The translations under genes were made by a program, and so were the position numbers. 64,000 nt of DNA from positions 310,001 through 374,000 of the forward strand of contig LSRY02000037.1 of the NCBI GenBank assembly GCA_001643675.2. Direction: 5' to 3'. A model generated the notes under the pieces. It did not search any database. It was not told the origin of the DNA and saw only the letters and a list, made by a program, of their open reading frames with translations. The stretch comes from Monocercomonoides exilis PA203. Lineage: Eukaryota > Protista > Preaxostyla. This document shows, piece after piece, positions 27,424 to 42,199 of the stretch (the stretch's first letter is position 1; every line of letters starts with the position of its first letter).

Positions 27424-30400
27424 TCATCCTGCCATTTCTGTGCATGTGCTGCCGCTGTCGCTGCTGCTGCTGCAAATACCCCCACTTCCATAGAACACAT
27501 CGCTCCCCTCATACAGCCCAATCGCGTCTGTCGCTGTCACCATCGTTGCTCCCGATGGGAAATACCCAAAAAACTCTCGCTTCAGCCTCCCCAGCTCTGG
27601 CCGCTCCCTGCCCTTCTGCAGCACACACTCCTTCACACACCCCGACAGCCTCGACCCCTCCATCATCTCCATGTGAGGCCTCACCCCTTCAACAATCAGC
27701 TCCCCTGCCCCCGACCCGTCATACTCCCCAAACGGCATCTTCAGCGTCACACACTCCCACACCATCATCCCAATCGAAAACACCACAGTCTTCTTCGTCG
27801 CATGCTTCTTCGCTCCACTCACCAGCTCCGGCGCCTTCCACCGAAGGCACTCTTTTTTGAAACTATCTTCATCCTCAAATGCTGATGAAGGAAGGGAATC
27901 ATCCTCATCATCATCACCACTTGCAGATGTCACAACAGTCGTTGATGATGAGATGGACGATGAATCCGAGTCTGTTGAGCAGTCTGAGTGCATCGCAATG
28001 CAGATCACCATGTGCTCTGAGAACAGCACAATGTGCGGACTCAGGCCATCCAGCGATTGAAGCGCCACTTTCAGCTCGTCGAAGCAATGAAGCACCCCGT
28101 TCGCCACCCAGAACATGATCTGAGCTGCTGTCACCTCCCGCTCCTCCAGTGTGCCTATCGCCATCTCTTTCTTCTCGTTCCTTCCATGAAGCAACATGAA
28201 TAATGAATCTCTCAAATCCACAATCAGCTTTTCGTGAGGCGATGAACAGGCCATTGCATCCACCAGATTCGACATCGACGAGGTTGTTGGGCACAGATCC
28301 TCCCCTCGAACAAAAGTGGATTCTGTGTCTGAAGTATCTGTGGTTGAAGTGGATGAAATGGATGGTGAAGGAGTTCGCTTTCTTGTCTCTTCCTCATCCT
28401 CCTTCTCCAACATCCATTGAGGGATCTTGTCTGAATCTCTTCCCAAAATGTATTCAGTCGATCTACTCTCACTCAGTAAATGCTCCGATGACTCCGAGTG
28501 TCCCAAGCTTTTCTCATACACTCTTTTCTTGATCCTCTCATCGTTCTTTTTCTCTGCCTCTCTCTCAGCTCTCCTCCATTGCTCCTCAGGTGACATCTCC
28601 ATCGTCACCATCTCAAATGCCTTCGGATCCTTCTTTACTGTGTCTTCCACAATGACTTCTAATTCTTCTGTTCGTCTCTTTTGCTTTCTCCATCGCGTTA
28701 TAAAAACAATCAACGCAACCAAAACCATTAATAGAACAATGGCCATAATAATTACCATTAGTAACCAATAAGATTTTTCTTCTTTTCCTTTTTCAACCAC
28801 TTTATCATTTCCAGTCTTTGATTCTGTTTGGTTCTTCAGAATCAGTGAAGAAGTCTCTATTTGTTGCTTCCCAAACAATATCATCACAGATATCTCTGTT
28901 TCATCAGCAATCGTTGAAATATTTTCTGATGGAACTCTTCCAATCACTTCCGTTTCGGATACAAAACTGTCTTCCTCAAATGGACATGTCTCTACCAACT
29001 CCACATCCCCTGTTTTGTACACAACCCTGAATGACAAATCACAAGGAAGAAGAAGTGCTCCATTGAATTTTATTGAAACATTGTTTCCATTATCAATGAG
29101 AGATGCCTCTTCGAGCTTTGGGATGAAGAAAGGAGATGGCCTTTCTCCTGCTATTCCACCAAGGGTGCATCCATCATTCAGAATCCAAAGAGAAGTATTC
29201 TTCTCTTGCCCATCTCCTCCTTTCAAGCTCGAAATAGTCAATGAGGCAGAATCTGAGCAAATGATGTTTCGGTGAAGAGAGGGATATTTCTGAACTATAG
29301 GATTGTTGTTGAAGAATTCTCCTTTCTCTATTGTCACATTGCCAGCAGATATGGACAATCCACCTGATGAAGAATTCGATATTGTTACATAATTCATCGC
29401 CAATGAAGAATTCGCTGAATGAACAAGAGATCCATTCCATTCGCAGATTTCTTCAAAAGAATTAATCCTGTCATTTTCACTTTCTTTCTCAAAAACTCCA
29501 ACAAACCGACATGAATCCATCAAAACATCCTTTGCATTGTGAATCTCCACAATGCTTCCTTTTCTTGACAGAGAATGGCAATCTGAGTAAGAGCAGTTTG
29601 AAAGAACTATTTGAGCAGAAGTTGAAGAAACAGAGAGAACAGAAGATCCTTCCGAATTCCTTGAACAGTGGTTGAATGAGGAGATTCCAATAGAAATTGT
29701 TCCTGAATTCGAACCATGAATCGCAATGATGCAGCCCTCAGACAGCTTCACTTCATCTGCCACAACCCAATTAAATGCAACTTCTTTGCACTGCCCAATC
29801 TCAAATACATTTGATATTGATTGAATCTGTTCCAGTTTGAAATTTGCGATATTGATCTCATCTCCATTGCACAGAAGCGAAGGCTTCTTGAACGAAAGGA
29901 GTGACACTGAGCAGTTGTCAACATGCAGAATTCCATTTGCAATGCTCAGCAAAGTTGAATTGAGAACAATAGATTCTATGTTTTCTGATTCCCCAATCGA
30001 AGAAAAATCAACAAATGAAAGAGAAAGCTGACCACTTGCTTCATGAATGATTGAATTGCCTGAATATGAAAATAACTGCCCAAAACCGAATTTCAATCTC
30101 TCAATCCGAACATTCTCTGAGGTTGTGATAACACTTTCCTCGTTGGTTATTGTTGAGTTCAGATGCACCAAAGCAGCAGATGGAGATTGAAGTGAGCGGA
30201 TGATCACATCCTTCGCTTCGCATTCCCCAACAATAACTGTCTCCTTCGAGATCAACAACTGCGAATACGACGAAGGAATGATGTGTTGCACTCCAATATC
30301 CAATGATTGGCAAGGCATATTGAACTCTCCACATTGCTTACTATCTTTGTGATTTTCAGAAACTGAGGATACAAATATCGTCTCGCTCTGGTATTTCACA

Positions 30401-33400
30401 ACCCTCAGCAAAAGATCTTCTTCACCAATAAACGAGTCAGTTGCGCAGCCCCATATAGCCAGATCCCTCACAAATGGAGCTCTGAAATCTAGCAAGAATT
30501 GTTCATCAACAATTTGTGTTTCGATTGAGTGGCATCGAACATAAATATCCCTCCCTCTCAATGCAGAGTTGTCTCTGAATGTGATATTTGACAGAACAAA
30601 ATTCAGAGGCTGCTCAGCTGTCGATGAACATTCCAGAAACAGCCACCCGCCTCTTCCTGTGCTCGAGCAGAAGCACTCAGAAATCGTGCAAAATGAGCAA
30701 TCGAAGCTTCCTCCCTCATTCAACACATTAAACATCCCTCCTCCCTTTCCACACCTTGTTCCACCACACTTCTTCATCGTTGTGTTTCGAATCACAATTT
30801 TCAGTGGCTCATTATTCACATTTTTGATGACGGGAATATCATCAGTTGTGTCCTGAGTGACTTCTTCGAATATGCTCCACTCAATAACAACATCTTGTTC
30901 CACTTCATTTTTCTCTCTCCCTGAACTCTTTGATATGCTCAACCCGCTTACCCCATCCAGCTCAACACTCTTCATCGTCAGATTTTTGATATTCAGAATT
31001 GTTGGTGAAAGCACCGAAATAACATCCTGCGAAAAGCTCAACAATTGCATCGTTACCAATTCCAACACAACTGTTCCTTCTTCTGCCTTGATCAGCCCAT
31101 AATCAGTCAATTCTTCTCTGTCATCTCCTTTTTTGGTGAATGAGCAGTCTTTCACAGTCAACAATCCCTCACTTGAGCCAACATGCATCAAAACATCCAC
31201 ACCGCTTGCGAATGAAGATGGAATCACAAACTTCACCAGCTCGAAACTGGTGATGCCACAAATCTTCATTGCTGCTCCTTCTGCTCCTTCAAGCGATGAG
31301 ACACATTCCAAAGAGCTCATGCTGTTATTATCCGATTTGACAGAAATGTCACCTAGTTCAACACTTTTTTTGAGAATTCCTTTTCCAATGATGTTGGCAT
31401 TCCTTTCATTTCCTTCGTGCAATCGATCCAAAGAATAATCAATTGAAAGGCATGGATAATCTGAGAACCCACAGGCACCCATATCTTTTCCATTGTCTCC
31501 AATAAATATCTCTGATCCAAATGTTCTCCAAAAATAGATCAATGGAATGGCATTCGTTGAATCATTTCCATCAAAACCTCTCATAGAATCCAAGGAAAAA
31601 TTGGACAGATGCTCAGATACAAATGGAAGAGAGGTGTTTGTGATGCTCTTCGTCAAGTTCAATGCTTCCACAAAAAGATCATTTCCATATTTTGCAACAT
31701 TTGGCTTGTCTGCCTCAAAAATAGGAGATGAGATCACAAATGAAGAATCATCATCAATTAACTTCAATGCCATCCCTCCACCAAACCCAATCTTCCTTTC
31801 TTCTGTTGGTGCAGTGCATCCTGTGAATGTGCATGAAACAATATCCAAATGCGTATTACCTTTCAACTGAGCATTGATGGCACCTCCTCTGCTTCCGTCA
31901 CCAGCCACAGAGCATCCATCAAAAACACACTCTTCAATATTTATTTGTGCGTTCGTATTTTCATAATTGCTGTTGTCAATGCTCACGCAACCTCCACTTC
32001 CAGCTGCTCTTTTGATTTCTGTGAAATTGCTGTTCGTCATGTTCAACCACTGAGTGTTCATCAACTCGGTATTTGCGATGCTTCCAGACAATGAAATCAA
32101 TGGACTTCCACTCAAAGTGATTATTGAAGCTGAGAATTTGTCAATTATCAGGATCCCTGACTCAACGGACAAGAACAGAAATGTCAATTCTGATGATGGA
32201 TTTTGAAGAGAAAGAGAGCATTGAGACAGACTCATTGAAGATGATGAGGAAAAAATGAAAGAAGAGTGTGATGAAAGAGAAGAAGGAAGAGAGAAGATGA
32301 GTTTTGACAATTCTGTTTCAACATTTGCTGTTATCATCGATGAATTGGAAATTGAATTTGAATCAGAGACTGTCCAGCCACTTTGATCATCATTTCCTCT
32401 AATTTCATGCTTCTGTTCATCAAATGCCAATTCATCGCTCATCGAAATCATTCCACTCACAACAACTTTCTTTTCTTCTGTTTGCCTTGTGAGGGAGTGC
32501 TTCATTGTCAAACAAGGGAATTGTGCAATTCCACAATGTGAATGATCGGATGCCTCAGAATTGCTCACATATATTTCTTCTGGAGTGGGAAGGAGATAGA
32601 TGCACAGTGGAATGGCAACACTTGTATTTCCATTGTTATATCCTCTCACTTTGTCAAATAAATCCAAAGAGGCTGTCACACATGTGATTTTTTCTGATTT
32701 TACAGTCACTTCCAAATCTGGTGAAATGACGAAGATATCTCTTCCCCACTTGGCTAAGTTTGTGCTAAAGGAAGAAGAAATCAGGAAATTGGGACTTTCA
32801 TTCAACAACTCAATGAAGATTCCTCCCCCAAATCCATATGTAGCAGAGCAATAGCACCCATCAAAAGATCCGCCTTTCACTTTCACTTCATTCTCATTCC
32901 CAACGCACAGCATCATTGATCCTCCATTTTCTGATGTTCTGCTTCCACATCCTTCAAAAGTGTTCGAATTCACATCAATGCTTGCCTTGTCATTCGAAAA
33001 CGACATCACAGCTACTCCACTCGTTGTTCTCTCAATTCCATCAAAGGCACACTCTGAAAGTATCAATGAAATCTCATTTGTTGAAGAAAGCGAAAACAGT
33101 GAATTTGAAGAGATTGTCTTTGCCCAGTTCACATGTTCCATCTGAAACATCCCATTCTGAACGTTTATCAGTTCTGTCGAAAATGCTGTTTCTGTTGATG
33201 GTCCACTCCCAAAAGTTATGTTCAGTCTGTTGATCCTCATTCCTCCTGCTCCACTTATCTCGAATAGCCTTGACCCACGATTATTCGTATGAGCCGAGTC
33301 ATGCACAAGAACAAAGTCCCTGGCAGTTAATGTTCCTGTTGAGACTGAAAAAAGAGACAGCCCAGATGCTTCAAATTCTGTTTGGATTGCTGTGCTCATA

Positions 33401-35188
33401 TTGCTTTGACCATAAACCGTAAAAGTGTTGATTCTACAATCAAAACTATTTGTTTCGATTATCGTTCCCGAAGATACTTCCACATTGGGAACCAAGTCTG
33501 GAATAAGTTGAGTCAAACAATGGCTAATAGTGTTGCACGGATGGCCTTTATCCAGTCCACATGCATATGTGTCTATGCCTTTTGGTTGCGAATTAATTGT
33601 AGAAACAAATCTCACATTTCCAAAATCATTGCGAAGCCAATCACTTTTGTCAACAATTTTTAAATAATCCAAGCTGACTCTGTTTGATGTTTTCCTGGTA
33701 GAATAACAGGTGGAATCAATGTTGTTTTTTGTAGATCTATCAAGCGTAATATCATGCCCACCTCTCATGCATATATTATCGTGAAAAAAACAGTAATAAA
33801 ATAATATCCCTTCATTATTGGAATTGATATGTTGGTAAACAGCACCTCCTCCGCACATTGAATAACATTTGCAGAATTGGCAGTTTGAGATAATAACTTT
33901 ATCCACAGATGTCCAATGAATTACTGCCCCTCCTGCCCCACTATCAGTGTTATTACATTGGCAGTTATGAAAAAAGGAATTAATAACGCACTCTTTCTGT
34001 TTTTCTGTTTTTGTTGATAAAAGATCAATTGCACCTCCTTCATCTTTAGAAGTGCAGTTGTTAAATCGACAGCAGTTGATTAGAGATTGTTCATAAACAT
34101 TTTCAATCATTATTCCTCCACCACCCAAATATGTGGTTGCTGCTGCAGAGCATTGAACAAATAAAGAATGAAGCACAACGCATTCAGCGATTTTCAATGC
34201 ATATAATCCACCTCCATTTGTTGAAGAAGCATTGCATCTCACAAATGATGAATTCTCAATAGTCAGAATGGCATTTGCATTGTCATGAACATAAAGGGCA
34301 CCTCCTTGTGGTGCTTTGCAATCAACCCACTCGCATGATAAAAATGTTTGACTTTCTGTTGTATCCATTCGTTCTTTTTTCTGAAGGTTATTCATTTCTC
34401 TCTTCACACAGCTTATTGATGCGTTTTTGCAGACAAATTCCTGAGAAGAATACGATCCACTCGAAATCCCTCCTTCAAAGACATTCACACACGAAAAAAT
34501 AAGGCAGTTCTCCATAGAACTCCGAAAACATGAATGTTCCGCAAAATGATCACTATTCGCATCATATTTCACAGACATGTTCCTGAAGGCACAGTTATTA
34601 AGCTGCTCACTTTTGCTCCTTCCAGACAATAAGAAATAATCTGAAGCTGAAATCGCCAGATCAGTAATGACAGAATTGCTCAAAATAGCAATATTTGAAT
34701 CATCAGAAGAAAATACGAGACTTCTGGAACAAAGACTCTTTTGGGGGATCAAAGTCAAATTCACCATGTTAATTGCCCCACTTTGTAAAAGAAACGGAGA
34801 TTCCGATTTTTGGTGGGAAATGCAGGAATCCAGTGTTGCACTTGATTTATCTGTTATTAACATCAACGATGAAGACAATTGTTCAAATGCCAAATTTTCG
34901 AATCCAATCGAAGAATTGGAAAAATGTAAAAATGTATTAACAACTGTAACTATTTTTGGCTTCAATTTTTCTATTCTAGAGAACGTATTCTGTTTAAACA
35001 AATAATTGTTATCGAACTTGGATTGAAATTGTGCTTCATTTGAAATTATTTGACCAAAATAAACACAATTAATGAAAAACATAAAAATTCGAAAGAATAC
35101 CTTTGTTTTCTAATGTGGCACTTCCAGAGACATATTGTGCTACAAATGCCTTTCCAAGAATCAAACATGCAAAAAGGAGCAAATGCAT
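27424..35188 (-). CDS. ~2,550-aa type I membrane protein: signal peptide, Cys/GG-rich beta-helix (pectin-lyase/Pmp-like) ectodomain, TM helix, cytoplasmic kinase-like (pseudokinase) domain
   Basis: The 2552-codon ORF 35082-27424 is preceded by a signal-peptide exon at 35188-35101 (MHLLLFACLILGKAFVAQ…) and a GT intron. It has repeated GGA(I/L/V)Y and FxxC motifs, a TM segment YWLLMVIIMAIVLLMVLVALIVFIT (~28700-28772), and kinase C-lobe motifs RWKAPEL, VFSIGMMVWEC and MPF, but no HRD or DFG. Confidence 0.88.
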
Positions 35189-35559
35189 TCTCGAATGGAA
35201 TGATAATCAATTTTGAGTTGAAAATTTTTATTTTTTTCCGGATGATCAAATCGAAATAAATAATGGTTTTTAACACAATTGGAAATCAAAAAGGATTTCT
35301 TTCAGCAATCATTTTGAGAGCATGTGAAAGACATCTGAGGAACTTTCAATGCAACGCCATTCCTTAGGTTACGATCAGCCATGAATCGGTATCTGCTGTT
35401 TCAGGTGAAAATTTTTCATATCAAAAAACAAAAAATTAAAAGGATGAAGTTTGAAAAAAATGAACAATAATAAAAAAGAAAAGCAAAATCTGGGGTATGA
35501 AATATATTCATATTAATATATCACAAATAAAATAAGAACCAATCTTGCATCACTTGTGA

Positions 35560-37050
35560 ATCAACAAGAAAATATTATTATTTCTGAAAATATTTGGTTT
35601 TTCAGAAAAAGTGGAATTCTTCATGTTTGTGGCATTGGTTATGTTGAACATAAAAAAAGAAACTCATTAAACAGAAATATCTGTCCAATAAAGGAACAAA
35701 AAGTTGAAACTTCTATTTCAAAACACATACCCTCAAAAATTACTCTTTGAAAAGGTGTTGTTTCAAATTGTAAAATGTCTCCTCTCCCAACGCAATTAAA
35801 TGGAGAGTCCTTCTTCACCAGTTGTTCCAATCTTCGCTGAAAATATAAGGTGACAATCTTTCTTCATCGTTCTGTTTTTGTTATTACAAGTGTTCATCCA
35901 ACCTCTCTTTCTTCTTCCTCTTCTCTCTTTTTCTCATCTTCTTTTCATTTGACCTTTCTCCCTGACAGATTTCTATTCTTTCCCTCAATCCTATTCCACA
36001 ATTTCTCTTCCTTTTCTCTCTCTCTCTCTCTCTTCCCTTCTCTTTTTTTTTCTCATACTTCTCAATCATTATAAATAAATTCATCTTTTCCTTCAACTGT
36101 AATCTTTTTTCTGCCCAAACCTCAAACACCAAATCTCCTCTTCTTCAAAAATATCTTTTGGGGAGTAATTCATCATCATCCCCTCCTTCAAACTTTCTCT
36201 TCATTTTCTCTTTTCTCCATTATTCCTTTCACGCTCTCTCCTATTTCACCTTGTTGCATCGCTTCTCCAGCTTCTTCACCCTAAACATCCAAATGCATTC
36301 TTCTCCTTTATTCGTCATTCGCTTTTTTTCTCTTTCTTTTTTCTTTTTCATCCATTTTGGGGAGCACCAGATGTTTGACATTCAAAAATAAACATCTGTT
36401 TATTTTCTGCGAAATGAAACTTTTTAGAGAACGTTTGTACTGATGGAGAGGAGATGTTTCGTGAAACCTTCTCTGTAAACATTCTTGAAAAAAAATAAAA
36501 ATAAAAATAAAAATAATTTTTCTATTTATTTTGTTATTATAATTCAAAAAAAAAAACATTTTCCAAAAAATAATCAAAAAAAAAAAAAAATAAAATAAAA
36601 TAAATCAAAAAGTTTTCTATTTTTTCAATTCTGAAATTTTTTCATCATTCAAAAAAATCAATATTTTCTGCAAACAAACACTTGCACATTTTGACCTTCT
36701 TCATTAGCCAAGCACTTCCATTGCGAAATATCAACAATCCCATTTGCCTATTCTCCCTTCTCAATCTCTTGTTCCTCTCTTTCCGTTCTGCATTTGCCCT
36801 GCTTCAATCTCTTTCCTTCTTCCTCCAAATAACCTCATCCTTTCATTCTCTTTTCCATCTTCTTCTTTTTCCTGTCTATCATTGCTCGCTTTCAATTCCT
36901 CCAATAACGTTGTCTTTTCTTCCCAAACAAAGCCTTCCAATGCATAATCTTTCAACATTAGTGCCTTTTCTGATCAATTGCATGCCTTTGAATAAAATCT
37001 GGTATGTCTCCAAAATGCCTCTTGTTGAAATACCTAAAAAGGAAAAGACA
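35560..37050 (-). pseudogene. Decayed Glu/Lys/Arg-rich coding fragments
   Basis: Short coding-like ORFs (35884-36132, 36761-36958) broken by many stops. Confidence 0.3.
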
Positions 37051-38522
37051 ATGTGAAAGCGAATGGCACAGAACAAATGAATAAAAAATTCAAACATCTC
37101 AACATATGTAGAGTGGTTGATGTCCAACTAATGTTCCAAACTTTATTTTTCAATTCAAAGTAGCCAATGCATTTTAAACAAATTCAAAAAGATTACAATG
37201 AAAATGGCAGCACGTTCAACAAAGAATGAAGGCTTTGATTGAATTGAATGTTATTTTTGTGAAACTGTCGAAATCGCTGTTATCCTTTTGGTTTCGCCTA
37301 GCAAGGCAAATGAATGCATAAACTATCAAGATCATGTTGCACAAAAAATGGTGGAGCCTTCAAGTGCACCCTTAAAAGCTATCTGATAAATGCTGTGTTT
37401 TGTGGATGAAATCGATATCTCTTCCATTGTTTGCAACATTTTGACTCTGACAAATAAAAGAGGGACGGCCATTGAACTAGGTGTTGGATGTTTTGTTTTT
37501 CTTCCGAATACCGATTGTTCGTGTCGTTGAGCTGCGCTGGTTGAATTATGATTTGGCGATTTTCCTTCCATTCGAAAAAGCCTGGTTTGCAATCCTTTTT
37601 GCTTCTGCAGCTCCATCATAAAAAAGAGCAAAATAATTTATGCCCTTTCTTTTTCGATGCTACTCCAAAAATAAGATTTTATTTGGAATTTACAGTTATC
37701 AAATCATCTATTATGGTTGAAATAGAAAAAATGGGGCGAAATATGTTGTTTTATAAATTTTGTTCCATTCTACACTTACAAATTTTTTTTCATTTGCATT
37801 CATTTTCTTCATTATTATACATGGGAATGAAAGACTTATAATGATATTGTTAAAGAAAAAGAATGGATCAAATCGTTGTTTTTTTCATAAATGAAAAAAT
37901 TTTGCCCCAAATGAGATTTGACAATATATTAATTCAATTTCACAAACTTTGTATAAAGCATATATGAGTGACTATTTCTCTTCCATCTTTTGACTCATTA
38001 TGTCCTTCTTTTACTTTTTTTTAGTATTATTCTAATTATGAACTTTCGATGGAAATTTTCAAAAAATGAAATACTCATGGTTTGAATATTTCATGTGAAA
38101 CGATTATTTCTCTGTTTATACTTGTTATGAAATAGTGATTTTGCACAATAAAAATTTTAGAGTTAGCCTTGGTTGCATATTAATAAATTGATGGTTAGGT
38201 CAGTAAGGAGTATTTTTTCTCGTCAGGATGAAATAATCTTTCATCTCACGATAAAGAAGATAGAAAATTTTCAATATAACATTAAAAAATTGTTCAACTG
38301 TTTTCAATAATGTCTTTTTTAATTTTTACGTTTTTCAATTCCTCTTTTTAGATAGACAATAATTATAACAATACTTAAACTTCGAAATATTCTTTTTCAA
38401 TTTTTAGCTCTCATTGAAGGAAAGTTGTTTGGTTTGCGTTGTTTGTAACATGCCAATTGACTGTTTTTATGCTTTTTTCAGTGCATCGATTGAAATAGTC
38501 GAAAATGTGAAAAAGCTGGATT

Positions 38523-39490
38523 GGGTCATATTGTTATGAGTACCTATATTTTTTATTGGTACATAAAATTTTCTGGTTTTTTAAAGCATTTGCAAATAAA
38601 GAAAAATAAACAGAAACCTTTAAAACATCATTATTTACTATTTCCAAGAATATTTTTTCACTTTCACCATTTTGCTAAAAAGATCTTGAAATTTTTATTT
38701 TACAAATGCGATCAAAGACATGCTCGTATTTCCACGAGCCTTTGAATTTGATAGTTTTTCTTGTTGATGTTGTTATTAAACTTTTCTTTTTTATATTTTT
38801 GGTTATTTGAAAACAATGAGAACTCTTTTTTTTTCTATAGATTTCACACCTCACCATTTTTTAGTAAAACTGAAATATAAACATAGCCAATATTATTTTC
38901 TTTTATTTCTCATGTTCAAATTATGCACTATTTCGTATAATATCATATAATAAAGTTATAATATTTTAAATATTTATGTCTGACTAGTTTAACACGAAAA
39001 ACAAAATATCAACTTTTTCATTTTGTGTGCCAAATGTTTTTTGTTAAATATTTTCTCCATATTGCATATTTGAAACAAATAATAATACATTATTCTAACA
39101 TAAGAAAAAGGAGAAAATAATATTGGCTATGTTTATATTTCAGTTTTACTAAAAAATGGTGAGGTGTGAAATCTATAGAAAAAAAAAGAGTTCTCATTGT
39201 TTTCAAATAACCAAAAATATAAAAAAGAAAAGTTTAATAACAACATCAACAAGAAAAACTATCAAATTCAAAGGCTCGTGGAAATACGAGCATGTCTTTG
39301 ATCGCATTTGTAAAATAAAAATTTCAAGATCTTTTTAGCAAAATGGTGAAAGTGAAAAAATATTCTTGGAAATAGTAAATAATGATGTTTTAAAGGTTTC
39401 TGTTTATTTTTCTTTATTTGCAAATGCTTTAAAAAACCAGAAAATTTTATGTACCAATAAAAAATATAGGTACTCATAACAATATGACCC
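38523..39490. mobile_element. 968-bp foldback element (MITE): 379-bp perfect TIRs, 210-bp spacer
   Basis: 38523-38901 is the reverse complement of 39112-39490, and the mirrored ORF translations are identical. Termini are GGGTCATATTG…CAATATGACCC, with TA on the right flank and TT on the left. Confidence 0.93.
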
Positions 39491-42199
39491 TATCTTTCTT
39501 CTGGGCTGAATATTCAATAAGAAAAACAAATTCAAATGGAAACTGTGCAAAATGAAAAAATTTGGTGAGATAATTCGCGAATATGTTGTTTAAACGTTTG
39601 ATATAAGTTCTTATTAATGTATTTTTATTGCAGGAAAACAGGCACAAACGGAATAAAATATGGATATTGACTTCAGCAAAGCACTGAAGGTTTGCTGTTT
39701 CTTTTTCAGAAGTGATTATTATTTTTTTTCATTCAGATTTCATTAAAGCTAAGGATTAGATGGCTTTGAAGAAGAAAGAGAAAAGTTGGAAGAAAAATAG
39801 GGCTATAATTTAATCTTGACCTTTTTCTTTTTTCCATGCTTTTAGCTTTACACAAGCCTGTGATAAATAAAAAATAACCAGAAATGTTTGAAATGTTTTT
39901 ATTTCCTTATTCAATATTTTTTTTTCAATATTTCTTGTTTGACAAAAAGATCGAGGATTATAACAATTTTATGGTTTGATCATTGACTTGCTGCTATTCC
40001 AGCGAATATTTTTTATATGAAGTTTTCAGCTTTCATATCATAATACATTGTTTCTTTTTTATAAGTTAAACTTGTTTAAAACTTTCTCAACTTGTTTTTT
40101 TAACACATTTTCTCATTTCACACATTTTTTCAAAAAACATAATTTCAGAGATATGTATTCATATGTTTTAAAATTCTTTGAAATGAAATAAAAACAAATT
40201 TGTAATGAAATGATATCTCAAAGAAAAAACAACAAAATATTTGTATATGACGAACAATTGGGACAAAATATTGCACTTCATGCTTTTTCATTAAAAATTT
40301 ATGCACTTTTCACTGACTATTTTATATCAAAAAACACAATATAAATATGTTCATTTTTTGACATACGTAAAATATTGGAAATTTTATTGTTTTGATTTCA
40401 ACGATGCCTGCTTCAGGATTTGAAAATCAAATTTATTTCAAAATCTGAGAAAGCGAAATAAAGTCATGAGTGAAACAATTTTTCAATGCCCTGTGCAAAA
40501 AAAGCTTGAAAGTTCATATTTTTCCCCAATTCTCAGATCAAAATTTTTAAATGTTCTGCCATTTCGCTTCAAATTCTTGTTCAATTCTTTTTCTCTTCAG
40601 GATTAAATAAAAATATACAATAAATAACACCTTGTTTTTATTTTTAACATGCTAAAAATTTACACAAATTCATATTTGTTCCGAAAATAGTGTTTTATGC
40701 AAAAACAGTGAAATGAGAAAATTTGGTCAAAAATTTAATTGAAAAAGTCAAAAACAAGTTATAATAATTATATAGGAATGTAGAATTGTAATGCTGTAGC
40801 TTAAAACGTTCGGTATGAAATATTGGCTTCACAGCCAGCAAGCCTTTGATCTGGGAACTAAAATTATAAAAATCTTTATTATTTTTTCGAATATAAAAAT
40901 TAACAAAAAATAAAAAGAACAGAAAGTTGTAAATAATTGTGATAAAATTATTTGTGTATTTTTTTGTTTCAAACCTTTGCTATGCTCGAAAAAAGCTTCA
41001 GAAAGTTTCAAAAAAAACAGGGTTGAGAAAAAATTTTGATGTCAAGATAAAATATGCACCCTACTAATAGATGAAATTCAAGAAATTTTAAATGTGTATA
41101 GAATCGGTCTTTGGAGAAGAATTAATTTTTAAAGAAAGATTATTTTTTGTGAAAGAAGGGGAAGTTAAAGAATAATAGACAAAATGTAAAAGAGATTTAC
41201 ACATGATTTGTATTTTTTTGTTGGAAAGAGAGAAAGAGATTGAGCTGAAAGTGAAAAGAATTCAGATGTTTCTCCTCTGCAGAAGAAAAAGGGATAGAAG
41301 AAGAAATTTCAGTGAATTTCTCCGTTGATATTTATTGACACTCATCTTCTCAATCTTCATTCATCTCAGTCAATCCATTCATCTTCTTCATCTTCTTCAG
41401 ACACATCATCATTTCATACAGCTTCTTCTTCATTATCATCATTCACCTTATCTGATTTAATATCTTTAAATTTTGCGTCTTCACAAGAGATTGTTGGAAA
41501 ATTAAAGAAAAGGATTTTTGAAGAAATGAAACAGGAATAGAAATGAGAAGAAAATTAAAAAGAAAACAAAGAGAATTAAGACAGTTTAGAGAGTGAAGAG
41601 AGCATGACGAATGGGAATAAGGTTTAGAGAATTGAAGGGATTAATTATTGAATGAAAAGAAGAAAATATTTGGATAATAAATTTGAGTTGAAAGTTTGAT
41701 TTGAGAAAAGATCTATGAAGACAGCAGAGATAAGAAGAAAAAAGATTATTGATTGGTTCAGAAGATTGATTTTAAAATGTGCAAATATAATGATAATAAT
41801 TCATAAATTTTCATTTGATGTTGATTATTTTCATTTCTTCCAAATCAAGTCTTGTCAAAGCAACATTTTCAAGTTTTGAAACGAAAGTCTATGATATTCC
41901 AAATGTTTTCATTTTGCAAAAGAATTATAACATTCTCACATTTGTTTTTTTTAAAAAGGGAGATGAAAATTGAAGACGAGATTGAAACAAGGAATTGAAG
42001 ACAAATATGCAAAAAAAGAAGTTATTTTGTAAAGCACAACTTGAGTATTAATCATGATTTTTCAAATAAAGATTAAAAAAAAAACAATAATGAAATTCAT
42101 ATGTATTTTCAATTTTGTCAAATCCACTGATGTTTTCGTCTTGCAAAATCATTTAATTCCTTATGGCTGAACTTAACTAAGTTGCAAGTTCATTCATCT

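Noticed and set aside
27144-33663. Many plus-strand ORFs of 60-240 aa
   Set aside because: Antisense shadows of the 2552-aa minus-strand gene.
38521-39477. Mirrored ORF pairs in the foldback element, and likewise in the AT-rich parts of the giant arms (49341-50266 / 55162-56150)
   Set aside because: By-products of the inverted repeats, with F/K/I-rich composition typical of non-coding AT-rich DNA.
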